From NCBI GenBank assembly GCA_002011035.2, contig MTLY02000001.1:256001-320000 (forward strand): a DNA stretch of 64,000 nt, in the 5' to 3' direction. The DNA is from Candidatus Hecatella orcuttiae (GTDB taxonomy: Archaea; Thermoproteota; Bathyarchaeia; Hecatellales; Hecatellaceae). Numbering within the stretch: position 1 is the first letter of the stretch; each line of letters starts with the position of its first letter. The translations under genes were made by a program, and so were the position numbers. A model generated the notes under the pieces. The model searched no databases. It was given only the letters and a program-made list of their open reading frames with translations, and was not told the DNA's origin. Positions 9,223-18,558 of the stretch are shown here, one piece after another.

Positions 9223-10241
9223 GAATCATTCTGGTGGGCTTCGGTGTGGTGGGTCAAAGTTTCGCCCAACTTTTAGCAGCCAGGTCTCCTGATCTGCTGA
9301 AAAACCATGGACTCCGCCCCCGACTGGTGGCCGTGGTCGACAGGGGAGGCGCTGCTGTAAACTCGAGGGGCTTGGAACCTCTGAGGACCTTGGCTGCTAA
9401 GAGGGAGAAGGGCAGTGTGGCTGCGGATGGGGAAAACGGCAGACCCGGGTTGACGCCGCTTGAGGTCATAGAGAAAGTAGGGGCTGAGGTGGTGGTGGAG
9501 GTTACTCCCACTAACATAGCTGACGCTGAGCCGGGTATAACCCACATCAAGGCCGCCCTTAAAAGCGGGAAGCACGTCATCACCACCAACAAGGGGCCTC
9601 TAGCCTTGGCTTTTCCAGCTCTCATGGAGCTAGCCGACTACAACGGCGTGCTCCTCAGGTTCAGCGGTTGCGTGGGCGGAGGCACACCCATCCTAGAGTT
9701 TGCTCGAAGATGCCTGCTCGGTGATAGGATCATGTCCTTCCGGGGGATTTTGAACGGGACCACCAACTACATCCTATCTCAGATGACGGAGAGGGGATGG
9801 TCCTTTCAAGAAGCCTTGAAAGGTGCCCAGGAGGCGGGTTATGCTGAAGCTGATCCCTCCATGGATGTGGACGGCTACGACGCAGCCTGCAAGTTGGTCA
9901 TCATGGCCAACTGGATCCTGAACCGGAAGGCTGTGTTGGGCGATGTGAAAATAGAAGGCATCCGGGGAATTACCCAGCATGCCATAAAGGAGGCTCTTCG
10001 CAGGGGGCGGAAGATAAAGTTGCTAGCTTCCGCCGACGGCAACCTCGTGGTTTCTCCCCAAGAGGTCCCGGTGGGACATCCCCTCTGCGTTGATGGAGTC
10101 CTCAATGCTGTGAGCTTCATGTCTGAGTATGCGGGGGAGGAAACCCTCATAGGCAGAGGCGCCGGTGGGAAGGAAACCGCCAGCGCCGTGTTAAGGGACT
10201 TGATCCTCATCAGGCAGTCCATCGCTAAGATTCCGGTTTAG
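9219..10241 (+). CDS. hom: homoserine dehydrogenase
   Basis: GFGVVG, TTNKGP, VGGGTP, GILNGTTNYIL, GYAEADP, GRGAGGKETASAV. Confidence 0.95.
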   Translation: MRIILVGFGVVGQSFAQLLAARSPDLLKNHGLRPRLVAVVDRGGAAVNSRGLEPLRTLAAKREKGSVAADGENGRPGLTPLEVIEKVGAEVVVEVTPTNIADAEPGITHIKAALKSGKHVITTNKGPLALAFPALMELADYNGVLLRFSGCVGGGTPILEFARRCLLGDRIMSFRGILNGTTNYILSQMTERGWSFQEALKGAQEAGYAEADPSMDVDGYDAACKLVIMANWILNRKAVLGDVKIEGIRGITQHAIKEALRRGRKIKLLASADGNLVVSPQEVPVGHPLCVDGVLNAVSFMSEYAGEETLIGRGAGGKETASAVLRDLILIRQSIAKIPV

Positions 10242-10288
10242 GTTTTCGAAAACGTTAAAATCCCTTCTCCTCCACCAAATAGCTGAAG

Positions 10289-11707
10289 GTGTCCTTAGGA
10301 TTGAGGCTTGTGATGAAGTTCGGGGGAACGTCGCTGGCTGACGGAGACTGCATCAGCCGAGCCTGCGGCATTGTAGTCGACAGTTTGAAGGGGGGGAATA
10401 AGCTTGCGTTGGTGGTCTCAGCCATGGCTGATGTTACCGACGAGCTTGTCGAAGCTTGCAGGTCCGCTGAGGTGGGTAACAGAAGCTTCATCCGGAATAC
10501 CGTCGTGGAACTCCGTCAGCTACATGAGTCAGCCTGCAGGGTTTCAGTGACAGATAAGCACCTCAGAAACGAGGTTAAGAAAACCGTGGAAGAGTCTTTA
10601 AAGGAACTGGAAAACGTTTTAGAAGGAATCACCTACCTGAAAGAGGTAACTCCGAAAATCGAAGACTACGTCCTCTCCTTCGGTGAGAGGCTTTCGGCGC
10701 CAATAGTTTGGGGGGCCCTCCGCTCTAGGGGGGTGGATGCTGAATGGTTCACCGGAAAGGAGGCAGGAATAGTGACGGATTCCAATTTCGGAGACGCTAA
10801 GCCTCTGATGGAGATGACCGTCCACCAAGTGAAGGACCGACTTCAGAAACTGTATGAGGGCGGCATCGTCCCTGTGGTGGCCGGATTCATAGCCGCTGAC
10901 CAAGAGGGGCGAATTACGACCTTGGGTAGGGGAGGTTCAGACTACACCGCAACCATCTTGGGATGCGCGCTGGCTGTGGACGAAGTTTGGTTCTGGACGG
11001 ATGTGGACGGTTTGATGACCACAGACCCCGCGGTGGAGCCTTCCGCCAAGACCATTCGGAAGCTGTCCTATCAGGAAGCCTTGGAAATGGCCTTCTTCGG
11101 AGCTAAGGCTCTGCATCCTAAGGCGATAGAGCTGGTCATGGAGCGGGGAATCCCCCTCAGGATAAGAAACACCTTCAATCCTCAAGACCCAGGCACGGCC
11201 ATTAAGGCTGACCAAGAGGTGGAGCCCAGCTCGGTAGCTAAGGCTATCTCCCTCATCCCCAAGGTCGCCATCATCACCGTCAGCGGAGCGGGCATGGTGG
11301 GAGCGCCCAGCGTAGCCTCCAAGCTTTTCGAAGTCTTAGGGAGGAAGAAAGTTAATGTTCTCATGATCTCCCAAGGCTCATCGGAGGCCAACATATCCTT
11401 CGCCGTCCCTAGGGAAAGCCTAGATGAAGTCCTGAACACGTTGGAGCTCTCTTTGCTGGGAGGAAAGTACGTCCGCGAAATAAAGGCGGAGGAGGACGCC
11501 TGCATCGTAGCCTTGGTGGGAGCGGGCATGCAGGGAACCCCAGGCGTAGCCGCCCGCATATTCAGCGCCGTGGCTAGGGAGAAAATCAACATCAGAATGA
11601 TAGCTCAGGGTTCCTCGGAACTCAACATATCCTTCGTGGTTAAGGAAGCTGAAGGAGAAAAAACGGTCAGAGCCCTTCACAGGGAATTTAACCTAGGCGG
11701 GAAGTAA
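10289..11707 (+). CDS. lysC: aspartate kinase with two ACT domains
   Basis: KFGGTS, VVSAM, SFGERLS, TLGRGGSDYTA, WTDVDG, two QGSSE ACT repeats. Confidence 0.96.
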   Translation: MSLGLRLVMKFGGTSLADGDCISRACGIVVDSLKGGNKLALVVSAMADVTDELVEACRSAEVGNRSFIRNTVVELRQLHESACRVSVTDKHLRNEVKKTVEESLKELENVLEGITYLKEVTPKIEDYVLSFGERLSAPIVWGALRSRGVDAEWFTGKEAGIVTDSNFGDAKPLMEMTVHQVKDRLQKLYEGGIVPVVAGFIAADQEGRITTLGRGGSDYTATILGCALAVDEVWFWTDVDGLMTTDPAVEPSAKTIRKLSYQEALEMAFFGAKALHPKAIELVMERGIPLRIRNTFNPQDPGTAIKADQEVEPSSVAKAISLIPKVAIITVSGAGMVGAPSVASKLFEVLGRKKVNVLMISQGSSEANISFAVPRESLDEVLNTLELSLLGGKYVREIKAEEDACIVALVGAGMQGTPGVAARIFSAVAREKINIRMIAQGSSELNISFVVKEAEGEKTVRALHREFNLGGK

Positions 11708-11721
11708 GTCTTCCCCGGCGG

Positions 11722-12399
11722 CTAATCTAAGAGGCGCTTCAACAGTTTTCTCGGATTATCCCTGACAACCACTAAGGCATCCTTCCAGCTCAGCCCAGCT
11801 CCTAAGGCAACCTGATAGGCGTCTTTTTGGGTGATGAAATCTTCAGGGCTGTGAAGGTCGGTGTTAACAACCAAGTTCGCTCCGGTTTCCAAACTCTGCT
11901 TGGCCACAAAGCCGTTGGTTAAGCAGTGTCCCTTCCGGGTTGTGAGTTCTAGGTATACTCCGTTACCCGAAGCCTTCTCGCACTCTTTCTCGCTGATCAT
12001 TCCCGGGTGGGCGAGGATGTCCACTTCCCCGGATTCCACGGCTGCCAAGTTTGTGCCCCGGGTTACAGGCTCCACCAAAGTTTCCCCGTGTGCTATGACC
12101 AGTTTGGCCCCCAGCCTTCTGGCCTTGGAGGCTAAAACCCCTATGGCTTTGGGTGGAACGTGGGTGAGCTCCACACCTGGGTAGAAACGGGTTTTCCCCG
12201 CGTATTTTTCCAGCTCCTCGGCCATGTTTGTCAGCTTGGTTACGACGGATTCCAAGTTAGCTGAGTCCACATGGTCTGTCACAGCCACAGCTTCGTAGCC
12301 CATGTTTTCAGCCCGCCTCAAAATTTCGCTGGGCAGTAGCTCTCCGTCGCTGAGAAGGGAATGGGTGTGAAATTCAATCCTTCTGCCAAGGGTCTTCAT
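11722..12399 (-). CDS. PHP-family phosphoesterase, probable histidinol-phosphatase
   Basis: HTHSLLSDG, TDH, GVELTH, HGET, LAHPG, NTDLH; ATG 12399 overlaps the hisI stop (ATGA). Confidence 0.85.
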   Translation of the reverse strand: MKTLGRRIEFHTHSLLSDGELLPSEILRRAENMGYEAVAVTDHVDSANLESVVTKLTNMAEELEKYAGKTRFYPGVELTHVPPKAIGVLASKARRLGAKLVIAHGETLVEPVTRGTNLAAVESGEVDILAHPGMISEKECEKASGNGVYLELTTRKGHCLTNGFVAKQSLETGANLVVNTDLHSPEDFITQKDAYQVALGAGLSWKDALVVVRDNPRKLLKRLLD

Positions 12400-12788
12400 T
12401 TCAGGTTTTCCTCCTCCTTGAAGGTTGCTCCTTCCAGTTTCCGGTAGAAACACGTCCTGTAGCCCCTGTGACATGCTCCGCCTATTTGGCGGACTTTAAC
12501 CAGCAGGGCGTCGAAGTCGCAGTCTACATAGAGTTCCTTGAGAAACTGGTAGTGGCCTGAGGTTTCACCCTTCTGCCAAAGCCTATTTCTCTCCGTGCTC
12601 CAGTAGTACATCATGCCCGTGGTGAGGGTTTTCTCCACAGCCTCCCTGTTGGCGGAGGCCACCATCAACACTTCTCCGGTGGAGGAATCCTGCACCACCA
12701 CCGTCACCCGGCCGTTGTGCCGGTAGTTAAGCTGGCCTGCAACCTTCCTAGCCTCCTCTGGGCCTAAGGGCAGATTTGACACCTTCAT
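12396..12788 (-). CDS. hisI: phosphoribosyl-AMP cyclohydrolase
   Basis: LWQKGETSGH, DCDFDALL, ACHRGYRTCF. Confidence 0.96.
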   Translation of the reverse strand: MKVSNLPLGPEEARKVAGQLNYRHNGRVTVVVQDSSTGEVLMVASANREAVEKTLTTGMMYYWSTERNRLWQKGETSGHYQFLKELYVDCDFDALLVKVRQIGGACHRGYRTCFYRKLEGATFKEEENLK

Positions 12789-13399
12789 TCTCCGATCGAC
12801 CTGACGAAGTTTTTGAGAAGCCTTAAGCCTTGCGCTCCGCTTTTTTCCGGGTGGAACTGGGTTCCGTAGAGGCTTCCCGAAACCACCACCGACGGGAAAA
12901 CCGTCCCGTATTCAGTGGTGGCTAGAACGGCTGCTTCCTCCGCTTCCCCCACGTAGTAGGAGTGAACGAAGTAAAAGTAGTCTCCGTCGTTTATGCCTTC
13001 TAGGAAGCCGTGGGCTTTAACCGTCTTCACGGTGTTCCAGCCCATGTGGGGGACTTTAACACCTTGGGGTAGAGGTACTACTTTTCCCCTGAGGAAGCCT
13101 AAGCCTTTAGACCATCCTCCTTCTAGGCTTTCGCTGAAGAACAGCTCCATTCCCAAGCATATCCCGAGGAGAGGGAGACCTCTTTCCACGGCTTTTTTAA
13201 GCTGGGGCAGGCGGGGGGTGAGAAACTCAACGGCAGGCCGGTAGGCGCCCACGCCGGGGAAGACCACGGCGTCCCCCTCTAGGGCGTCCTCTACCCTCGA
13301 GGTGATGAAGGGCTGGGCTCCAACTTTCTCCAAGGCCTTCCGGATGCTCATCAGGTTTCCCACCCCGTAGTCCACCACCGCTATCCTAGGCGGCTTCAA
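12785..13399 (-). CDS. hisH: imidazole glycerol phosphate synthase glutaminase subunit
   Basis: VVDYGVGNL, PGVG, GICLG, PHMGWN, YFVHSY, QFHPEKS; likely TTG start at 13399. Confidence 0.96.
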   Translation of the reverse strand: MKPPRIAVVDYGVGNLMSIRKALEKVGAQPFITSRVEDALEGDAVVFPGVGAYRPAVEFLTPRLPQLKKAVERGLPLLGICLGMELFFSESLEGGWSKGLGFLRGKVVPLPQGVKVPHMGWNTVKTVKAHGFLEGINDGDYFYFVHSYYVGEAEEAAVLATTEYGTVFPSVVVSGSLYGTQFHPEKSGAQGLRLLKNFVRSIGE

Positions 13400-13401
13400 C
13401 C

Positions 13402-13686
13402 TTATCGCCTCCTCCTCCGGAGTTCTTGAAGTAGTTCCTCCAGTTTTATTCCTTTGAAGACCAGTAGCACCCAAGTGTGGAACACTAGGTCGGCGGCTTC
13501 ATGAACTATCTCCTGCCTTTCTCCTCCCCGAGCCGCCTTCACCAGCTCTTGGGCTTCCTCCTTCACCTTGCCCAGAACCTTGTCCACTCCTCCTTTTAAG
13601 AGGCTTGAAACATAGGAGCCGGGTTTGGGCCTGTGCCTCCGGTCTTCGATGACCCGGTAGACTTCGGATAGAACCTCCAAACTCAC
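13402..13686 (-). CDS. hisE: phosphoribosyl-ATP pyrophosphohydrolase
   Basis: GSYVSSLL, KVKEEAQE, EAADLVFH. Confidence 0.95.
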   Translation of the reverse strand: MSLEVLSEVYRVIEDRRHRPKPGSYVSSLLKGGVDKVLGKVKEEAQELVKAARGGERQEIVHEAADLVFHTWVLLVFKGIKLEELLQELRRRRR

Positions 13687-14996
13687 CGACGTCGGCCTCC
13701 CTTTCGCCCTTTGAATCTTTTCTCCACCGCCAGCCCATGGGCTGGAAGCCCTTCCGCCTCAGAGAAAGCCTTCACCGTCTCCCTCAGCCTCTTCAGTCCT
13801 TGGGGAGTGAGGTACTCCACGTTGATGGCTTTCATGAAGTCGTAGACCCAGAGGCCTGAACTGAACCGCGCTACTCCTCCCGTTGGGAGCACATGGTTTG
13901 ACCCTACAGCGTAATCCACTGCCGGAGTGGGCGTGGAGGCTCCAAGGGAAACGGATCCCGCGTTGGTGATCATGGAAACAAACTTCTCCGGCTTCCTGCA
14001 GAGGACCTCCAAATGCTCCGGGGCGAAGGTGTTGATGAACTCAGCTGCCTGAGCCGGGCTGTCCGCTAGGAGGAGGACTCCTGACCTTTCCAAAGCCTCT
14101 TCCAACACGGTTTTCCTCAGCCCTTGAGAGGCGTAGGTTCGAAGTTTTTCCCCCACCTTCGCAGCCAATCTCCCGTCTGTAGTGACCAAGATGGGTACGG
14201 CAAGGGGGTCGTGCTCCGCCTGGGAAATCAGGTCCACCGCCACAAGTTCAGGGTCAGCGGAGCTGTCGGCGAAGACCACCAGCTCCGTGGGGCCGGCGGG
14301 GAAGTCGATTCCCACCTCTCCGTAGACCAGCATCTTGGCCGCGGTGACGTAGACGTTTCCCGGCCCTAGGATCTTGTCAACCTTTGGAATCGTCTGGGTG
14401 CCGTAGGCCATGGCACCGACAGCCTGCACTCCACCCACCTTGAAGACCTCCTTCACCCCAGCTACATCCAAAGCCACAAGGGTGGCTGGGTTGATTCTCC
14501 CGTCTGGGGCAGGAGGCGTGCAGGCGACCAGCCTCCGAACTCCCGCCACCTTGGCTGGGATGGCCAACATGAGGGCGGTGGAAGGATAGGCGGCTTGGCC
14601 TCCGGGAACGTAGAGCCCCACCGTTCCCAGAGGACGGAAGACCTGCCGAACGTAGACTCCTGCGGTTTTCTTGAGGACTTTGCTCTTGGGCAGCTGTTTC
14701 CTGTGGACCTCCCGGATGTTGGACGCAGCCTTTTTTATCGCCCTGAGCATTCTGCCTCCCACTTTTCCGTAGGCTTTGGCGACTTCGAAGGGCTTAACCT
14801 GCAGCTCCTCCGCCGTGATTTCAACTCTGTCGTAGAGTTTCGCATATTCGACGACGGCCTCGTCGCCTTTCAGCTTCACCGCTTGGAGGATTTCCTCCAC
14901 CTTGCCTTTTACGAGTTGAAGGCTGAACCTGTTTCTCTGGATGAGTCTGCTCAAAGCCTCAGGGCTTAGGTCTTTTATTCGAACAGGCCCTAGCAT
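13683..14996 (-). CDS. hisD: histidinol dehydrogenase
   Basis: GLYVPGG, GPGNVYV, AGPTE, SQAEHD, APEHL, GSNHVLPTGG. Confidence 0.97.
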   Translation of the reverse strand: MLGPVRIKDLSPEALSRLIQRNRFSLQLVKGKVEEILQAVKLKGDEAVVEYAKLYDRVEITAEELQVKPFEVAKAYGKVGGRMLRAIKKAASNIREVHRKQLPKSKVLKKTAGVYVRQVFRPLGTVGLYVPGGQAAYPSTALMLAIPAKVAGVRRLVACTPPAPDGRINPATLVALDVAGVKEVFKVGGVQAVGAMAYGTQTIPKVDKILGPGNVYVTAAKMLVYGEVGIDFPAGPTELVVFADSSADPELVAVDLISQAEHDPLAVPILVTTDGRLAAKVGEKLRTYASQGLRKTVLEEALERSGVLLLADSPAQAAEFINTFAPEHLEVLCRKPEKFVSMITNAGSVSLGASTPTPAVDYAVGSNHVLPTGGVARFSSGLWVYDFMKAINVEYLTPQGLKRLRETVKAFSEAEGLPAHGLAVEKRFKGRKGGRRR

Positions 14997-15001
14997 AGCG
15001 G

Positions 15002-15769
15002 CTACCCCCTAGGCGGCCTCACGGGGACACCTAGCTTCATCAACTCCCTCTTTATGTCCGCCACGGTATACTGCCGGTAGTGGAACACGGAGGCCGCTAG
15101 GGCGGCGTCGGCTTTTCCCTCAGTTAAGGCTTGGTAGATGTGCTGGGGTTCCCCAGCGCCTCCGGAGGCTATGACGGGAATGTTCACCGCTTCGGCGACG
15201 GCTCTGGTAAGTTTTATGTCGTAGCCAACTCTCGTCCCGTCGGCGTCCATGCTGGTGAGAAGGATTTCCCCGGCTCCCAGCCTTTCCACTTTCTTAGCCC
15301 ACTCCACCGCGTTGAGGCCTGTGGGAGTGCGTCCTCCGGTGATGTAAACTTCCCAGAAGCTCTCCCTCACATAGAGGGCGTCGATGGCTACCACGATGCA
15401 CTGGCTTCCGAATCTTTCCGCTCCCTTCCTCACTATTTCAGGGTCTCTGACCGCGGCGGTGTTGATGGAAACCTTGTCGGCTCCCGCCTCCAAGAGCGCT
15501 TCCATGTCTTCCAAACTCCGAACCCCGCCTCCCACCGTGAAAGGTATGAAGAGGTTTTCCGCCGTCTTCTTCACCACGTTGACCATGGTGGCTCTTCCCT
15601 CCGGAGAGGCGCCAACGTCCAAGAAAACCAGCTCGTCGGCTCCCTGCTCATCGTACATCAGAGCCAAGGCTGGAGGGTCTCCGGCATGGCGGAGTCCCTT
15701 GAAGTGGATGCCTTTGACGACGACTCCGTTGAGGACATCGAGGCATGGGATTATGCGCTTGGTTAACGT
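15002..15769 (-). CDS. hisF: imidazole glycerol phosphate synthase cyclase subunit; probable ACG start
   Basis: The frame extends upstream of the track ORF to ACG TTA ACC AAG CGC ATA ATC CCA TGC CTC GAT GTC = (M)[11 protein letters not shown]; also [29 protein letters not shown]. Confidence 0.95.
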   Translation of the reverse strand, partial: TLTKRIIPCLDVLNGVVVKGIHFKGLRHAGDPPALALMYDEQGADELVFLDVGASPEGRATMVNVVKKTAENLFIPFTVGGGVRSLEDMEALLEAGADKVSINTAAVRDPEIVRKGAERFGSQCIVVAIDALYVRESFWEVYITGGRTPTGLNAVEWAKKVERLGAGEILLTSMDADGTRVGYDIKLTRAVAEAVNIPVIASGGAGEPQHIYQALTEGKADAALAASVFHYRQYTVADIKRELMKLGVPVRPPRG

Positions 15770-16360
15770 CTACAAGACCCCCTTGAGGCTGGGCGGCTTT
15801 TTCTCCTCCGCCTCCCTCAACCTCGCTGCCTCTGCCAATGCTCGGCCTAAGGCCTTGAAGGCAGCTTCAGCCTTGTGGTGACTGTTTAAGCCGCGGATGG
15901 CTACGATATGCAGGTTGAAGCGGCCTCCTTCCGCCAGCGACCTGAAAAAGTGGTCCACCATCTCGGAGGAAAGCTCCCCCAGCTTCGGCTCCTTGAACCT
16001 CAGGTTGGAGCGGTAGTAGGGTCTCCCTGAAAGGTCTATGGAGACCATTATCAGGGCGTCGTCCATGGGTAGGACGGCGCTTCCGAAGCGGTTGATTCCC
16101 TTCTTGTCGCCGAGGGCCTTATCCAAGGCCTGCCCTAGGACCAAGCCTAAGTCCTCCACCATATGGTGGTCGTCGTAGACGGGGCCTTTTTCTTCGGCTG
16201 AGGCTTCGAGGGTGAAGGAGCCGTGGAAGGCCATGGACCTAAGCATGTGCTCTAAGAAAGGCTTGCCCACCTGCAGCTTAACCTCTCCGGGCTTGTCGAG
16301 GTTGACCGCTACCTTGACGTAGGTTTCCTCCGTCTTCCGTTCAACCTTAGCCTGCCGCAT
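15770..16360 (-). CDS. hisB: imidazoleglycerol-phosphate dehydratase (monofunctional)
   Basis: [37 protein letters not shown]. Confidence 0.96.
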   Translation of the reverse strand: MRQAKVERKTEETYVKVAVNLDKPGEVKLQVGKPFLEHMLRSMAFHGSFTLEASAEEKGPVYDDHHMVEDLGLVLGQALDKALGDKKGINRFGSAVLPMDDALIMVSIDLSGRPYYRSNLRFKEPKLGELSSEMVDHFFRSLAEGGRFNLHIVAIRGLNSHHKAEAAFKALGRALAEAARLREAEEKKPPSLKGVL

Positions 16361-17102
16361 TCCTAACTATCTCCTTCGCTTCCTTTAACGTAAAGACTCC
16401 CTCATATAAGGCCCTTCCAACCACAGCGCCCCAGACTCCCGCCTTTGCCAAGTGGAGGAGGTCTTGAAGGGAGGACACTCCACCCGCGTAGATGACGGGT
16501 TTATCCGTAGAGTCTACAACCTTTCTAACCAACCCCGTATCCAGTCCGCTTAACGTCCCTTCCACATTCACATCCGTGTAGAGAAAAGCCGCCACCTCCT
16601 GCCGGGTGAAGAACCGTATGAGGTTGAAGGGGGAACCTGCTGCCTCTGCAGTCCAGCCTCTGGTCACCACCCTCCCCCCTCTGGAGTCTAAGGCCACGAT
16701 AACCCGGTCGCCGCCTACACGGTTTAGGAAGACTGAAATCGCCTGAGGTCTTTCCACGGCGACGGTTCCCAGGATAACCCACCGAGCCCCCGCCTCCACC
16801 AGTTCCCGGGCGTCCTCCACCCGCCTGATGCCGCCGCCTACTTCCACAGGGATGCGGAGGCTTCTGATGATTTTTTTCACGGTTTCCCTGTTTTTCCTGC
16901 TGCCTGTGAAGGCCGCGTCTAGATCTACCACGTGGAGAATTTCCGCTCCTTCCGCTTCCCAAGCCTCAGCTACTTTCAAGGGATCGTCCGAGATCTCCCG
17001 CCCTGTTCCGGGTTTTCCTTGGACAAGTTTGACGCATTTTCCATCTTGGATGTCGACGGAGGGTATCACCTTCATCGGCTGGGGGCGCTTCCCTTCTTTC
17101 AC
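16347..17102 (-). CDS. hisA: ProFAR isomerase
   Basis: VIPSVDIQDGKCVKLVQG, LHVVDLD, VGGGIR, VGRALY. Confidence 0.96.
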   Translation of the reverse strand: MKEGKRPQPMKVIPSVDIQDGKCVKLVQGKPGTGREISDDPLKVAEAWEAEGAEILHVVDLDAAFTGSRKNRETVKKIIRSLRIPVEVGGGIRRVEDARELVEAGARWVILGTVAVERPQAISVFLNRVGGDRVIVALDSRGGRVVTRGWTAEAAGSPFNLIRFFTRQEVAAFLYTDVNVEGTLSGLDTGLVRKVVDSTDKPVIYAGGVSSLQDLLHLAKAGVWGAVVGRALYEGVFTLKEAKEIVRNAAG

Positions 17103-17956
17103 GGGACAACCCTCTCCACGGGTAGGACTATGATGTCTCTGGCTCCAGCCGTCTTAACCGAGCTTATGACATGGGGGATTTCCCCCTCCTCGACAACAGA
17201 GTACACCTCCCACATGGGGACGGGAGCCTCAACCTTCGCCAACGTGGGGCCGCCCATGGAAGGGAGGACACCTAGAACCCGCTGCAGAGCTTCTTCGGGA
17301 ACGTTCATCATCAGGAGCTTCTTTTTTCTAGCCATTAAAACACTTCGGAGAGCGGTGGTGATTTCCTTTATCTTCTCTCCTTTCTCCGCCAAGGCCTTCT
17401 TGTTGACTATTAGCCTAGCCGAGGACCTCAGAACCTCCTCCACAATCCTCAGACCGTGAATTTTCAAGGTGGCCCCGGTGTCGACGATGTCTAACACAGC
17501 CTCTGCCACATTCATAAGGGGCGTGATCTCTACGGCTCCTGAGACCTTCACTATCTTAGCCTTCATACCTTTAACCTTGAGGTAGTTGCCGGCTATGGAA
17601 GGATATTTGGTGGCAATTCTAGTCTGAGCGGTTAGGTTTCGGGGAGACTCTATCCCTGACTCTTCAGGGGCGGCTAGAACTATCCGGCAGCCTCCGAACT
17701 CCAAGTCAAGAAGCTCAGCCACTTCCGCTCCGCTTTCCACGACGTAATCGTAACCTGTGACGCCCAAGTCTACTGCTCCTCCTTCCACCAACGTCGGTAT
17801 GTCCGAGGCTCTGGCTAGGACTATGGAAAGCCAAGGAATCACCGTGGATAGGTAAAGAGAGCGTGTTTTCCAGTTTGATGGCGCTAGGCCTGCTTTCGTT
17901 AAGAGTCTGACGGAGGGCTTGTGAAGGCGGCCTTTGTTGGGTATGGCGATGGTTAT
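17099..17956 (-). CDS. hisG: ATP phosphoribosyltransferase (long form); non-canonical start or frameshifted 5' end
   Basis: The frame extends upstream to ITIAIPNKGRL; also RASDIP, DLGVTGYD, IATKYP, GAVE, DIVDTGATL and the C-terminal regulatory domain. No in-frame ATG/GTG/TTG precedes the conserved N-terminus. Confidence 0.93.
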   Translation of the reverse strand: MTIAIPNKGRLHKPSVRLLTKAGLAPSNWKTRSLYLSTVIPWLSIVLARASDIPTLVEGGAVDLGVTGYDYVVESGAEVAELLDLEFGGCRIVLAAPEESGIESPRNLTAQTRIATKYPSIAGNYLKVKGMKAKIVKVSGAVEITPLMNVAEAVLDIVDTGATLKIHGLRIVEEVLRSSARLIVNKKALAEKGEKIKEITTALRSVLMARKKKLLMMNVPEEALQRVLGVLPSMGGPTLAKVEAPVPMWEVYSVVEEGEIPHVISSVKTAGARDIIVLPVERVVP

Positions 17957-17975
17957 TCGGATTTTTCATCCCTTC

Positions 17976-18056
17976 TTGTGGGAAATTTGTGGGTTTAAAC
18001 CCATAATATACACATAAGTATATAAACTTTCCCGCACCAATACATAGTATTACAAG
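17976..18056. promoter_or_regulatory. divergent his/regulator promoter with palindromic operator candidate
   Basis: TATATAAA near 18019-18026 can be read on both strands; TGGGTTTAAACCCA palindrome at 17990-18003; TTGTGGG direct repeat. Confidence 0.55.
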
Positions 18057-18473
18057 GTGAGAGCTACGCGCATCTCAGAAATCATCCGCATAGACAACCG
18101 AGGAAGAGTGATCATCCCCGCTTCCATCCGAGAAGCCTTCGGCCTGAGAGAAGAAGCCTATGTAATGTTGATGGCGGACTTGGAAAGCCAAGAAGTGAAA
18201 TTCATCCCCTTCGCCGACCCCGACGCCAAGCTCTTCGAAGTAAAACTCTCCCTCACCGACGTGCGGGGGGCGCTGGCCAAGGCAGCCATGAAAATGGCGG
18301 AGCTGGGAGTAGACCTCCTCTCCACCCAATCCAGAACCCTGCAAAGGGGAAAGTCCGCCGAGTGGCATGCCATCGTCGACCTCTCCAAGTGCAAGCTTAC
18401 GCTGGGCGAGCTTAAGCGCAAGCTGGTGGAAGAGGGAGCTGCTAAACACGTGGAGATAAAACAGTTCGGGTGA
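18057..18473 (+). CDS. AbrB/MazE-type DNA-binding domain fused to an ACT domain; putative amino-acid-responsive regulator
   Basis: IDNRGRVIIPASIREAFGL (AbrB), then LSLTDVRGALAKAAMKMAELGVDLLS (ACT). Confidence 0.82.
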   Translation: MRATRISEIIRIDNRGRVIIPASIREAFGLREEAYVMLMADLESQEVKFIPFADPDAKLFEVKLSLTDVRGALAKAAMKMAELGVDLLSTQSRTLQRGKSAEWHAIVDLSKCKLTLGELKRKLVEEGAAKHVEIKQFG

Positions 18474-18558
18474 ATTTTGATTCGTGAAATGTAAAAGCTT
18501 AAAAAGTTAAGTTGTGATTATTATACCTACATTTGAAGAAGGTACGATGATTTAGAAA

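Noticed and set aside
15131-15881. Long antisense or alternate-frame ORFs (e.g. 15131-15766, 28307-28897, 56534-57079, 58213-58755)
   Set aside because: They are shadow ORFs of well-supported genes and have no recognisable motifs.
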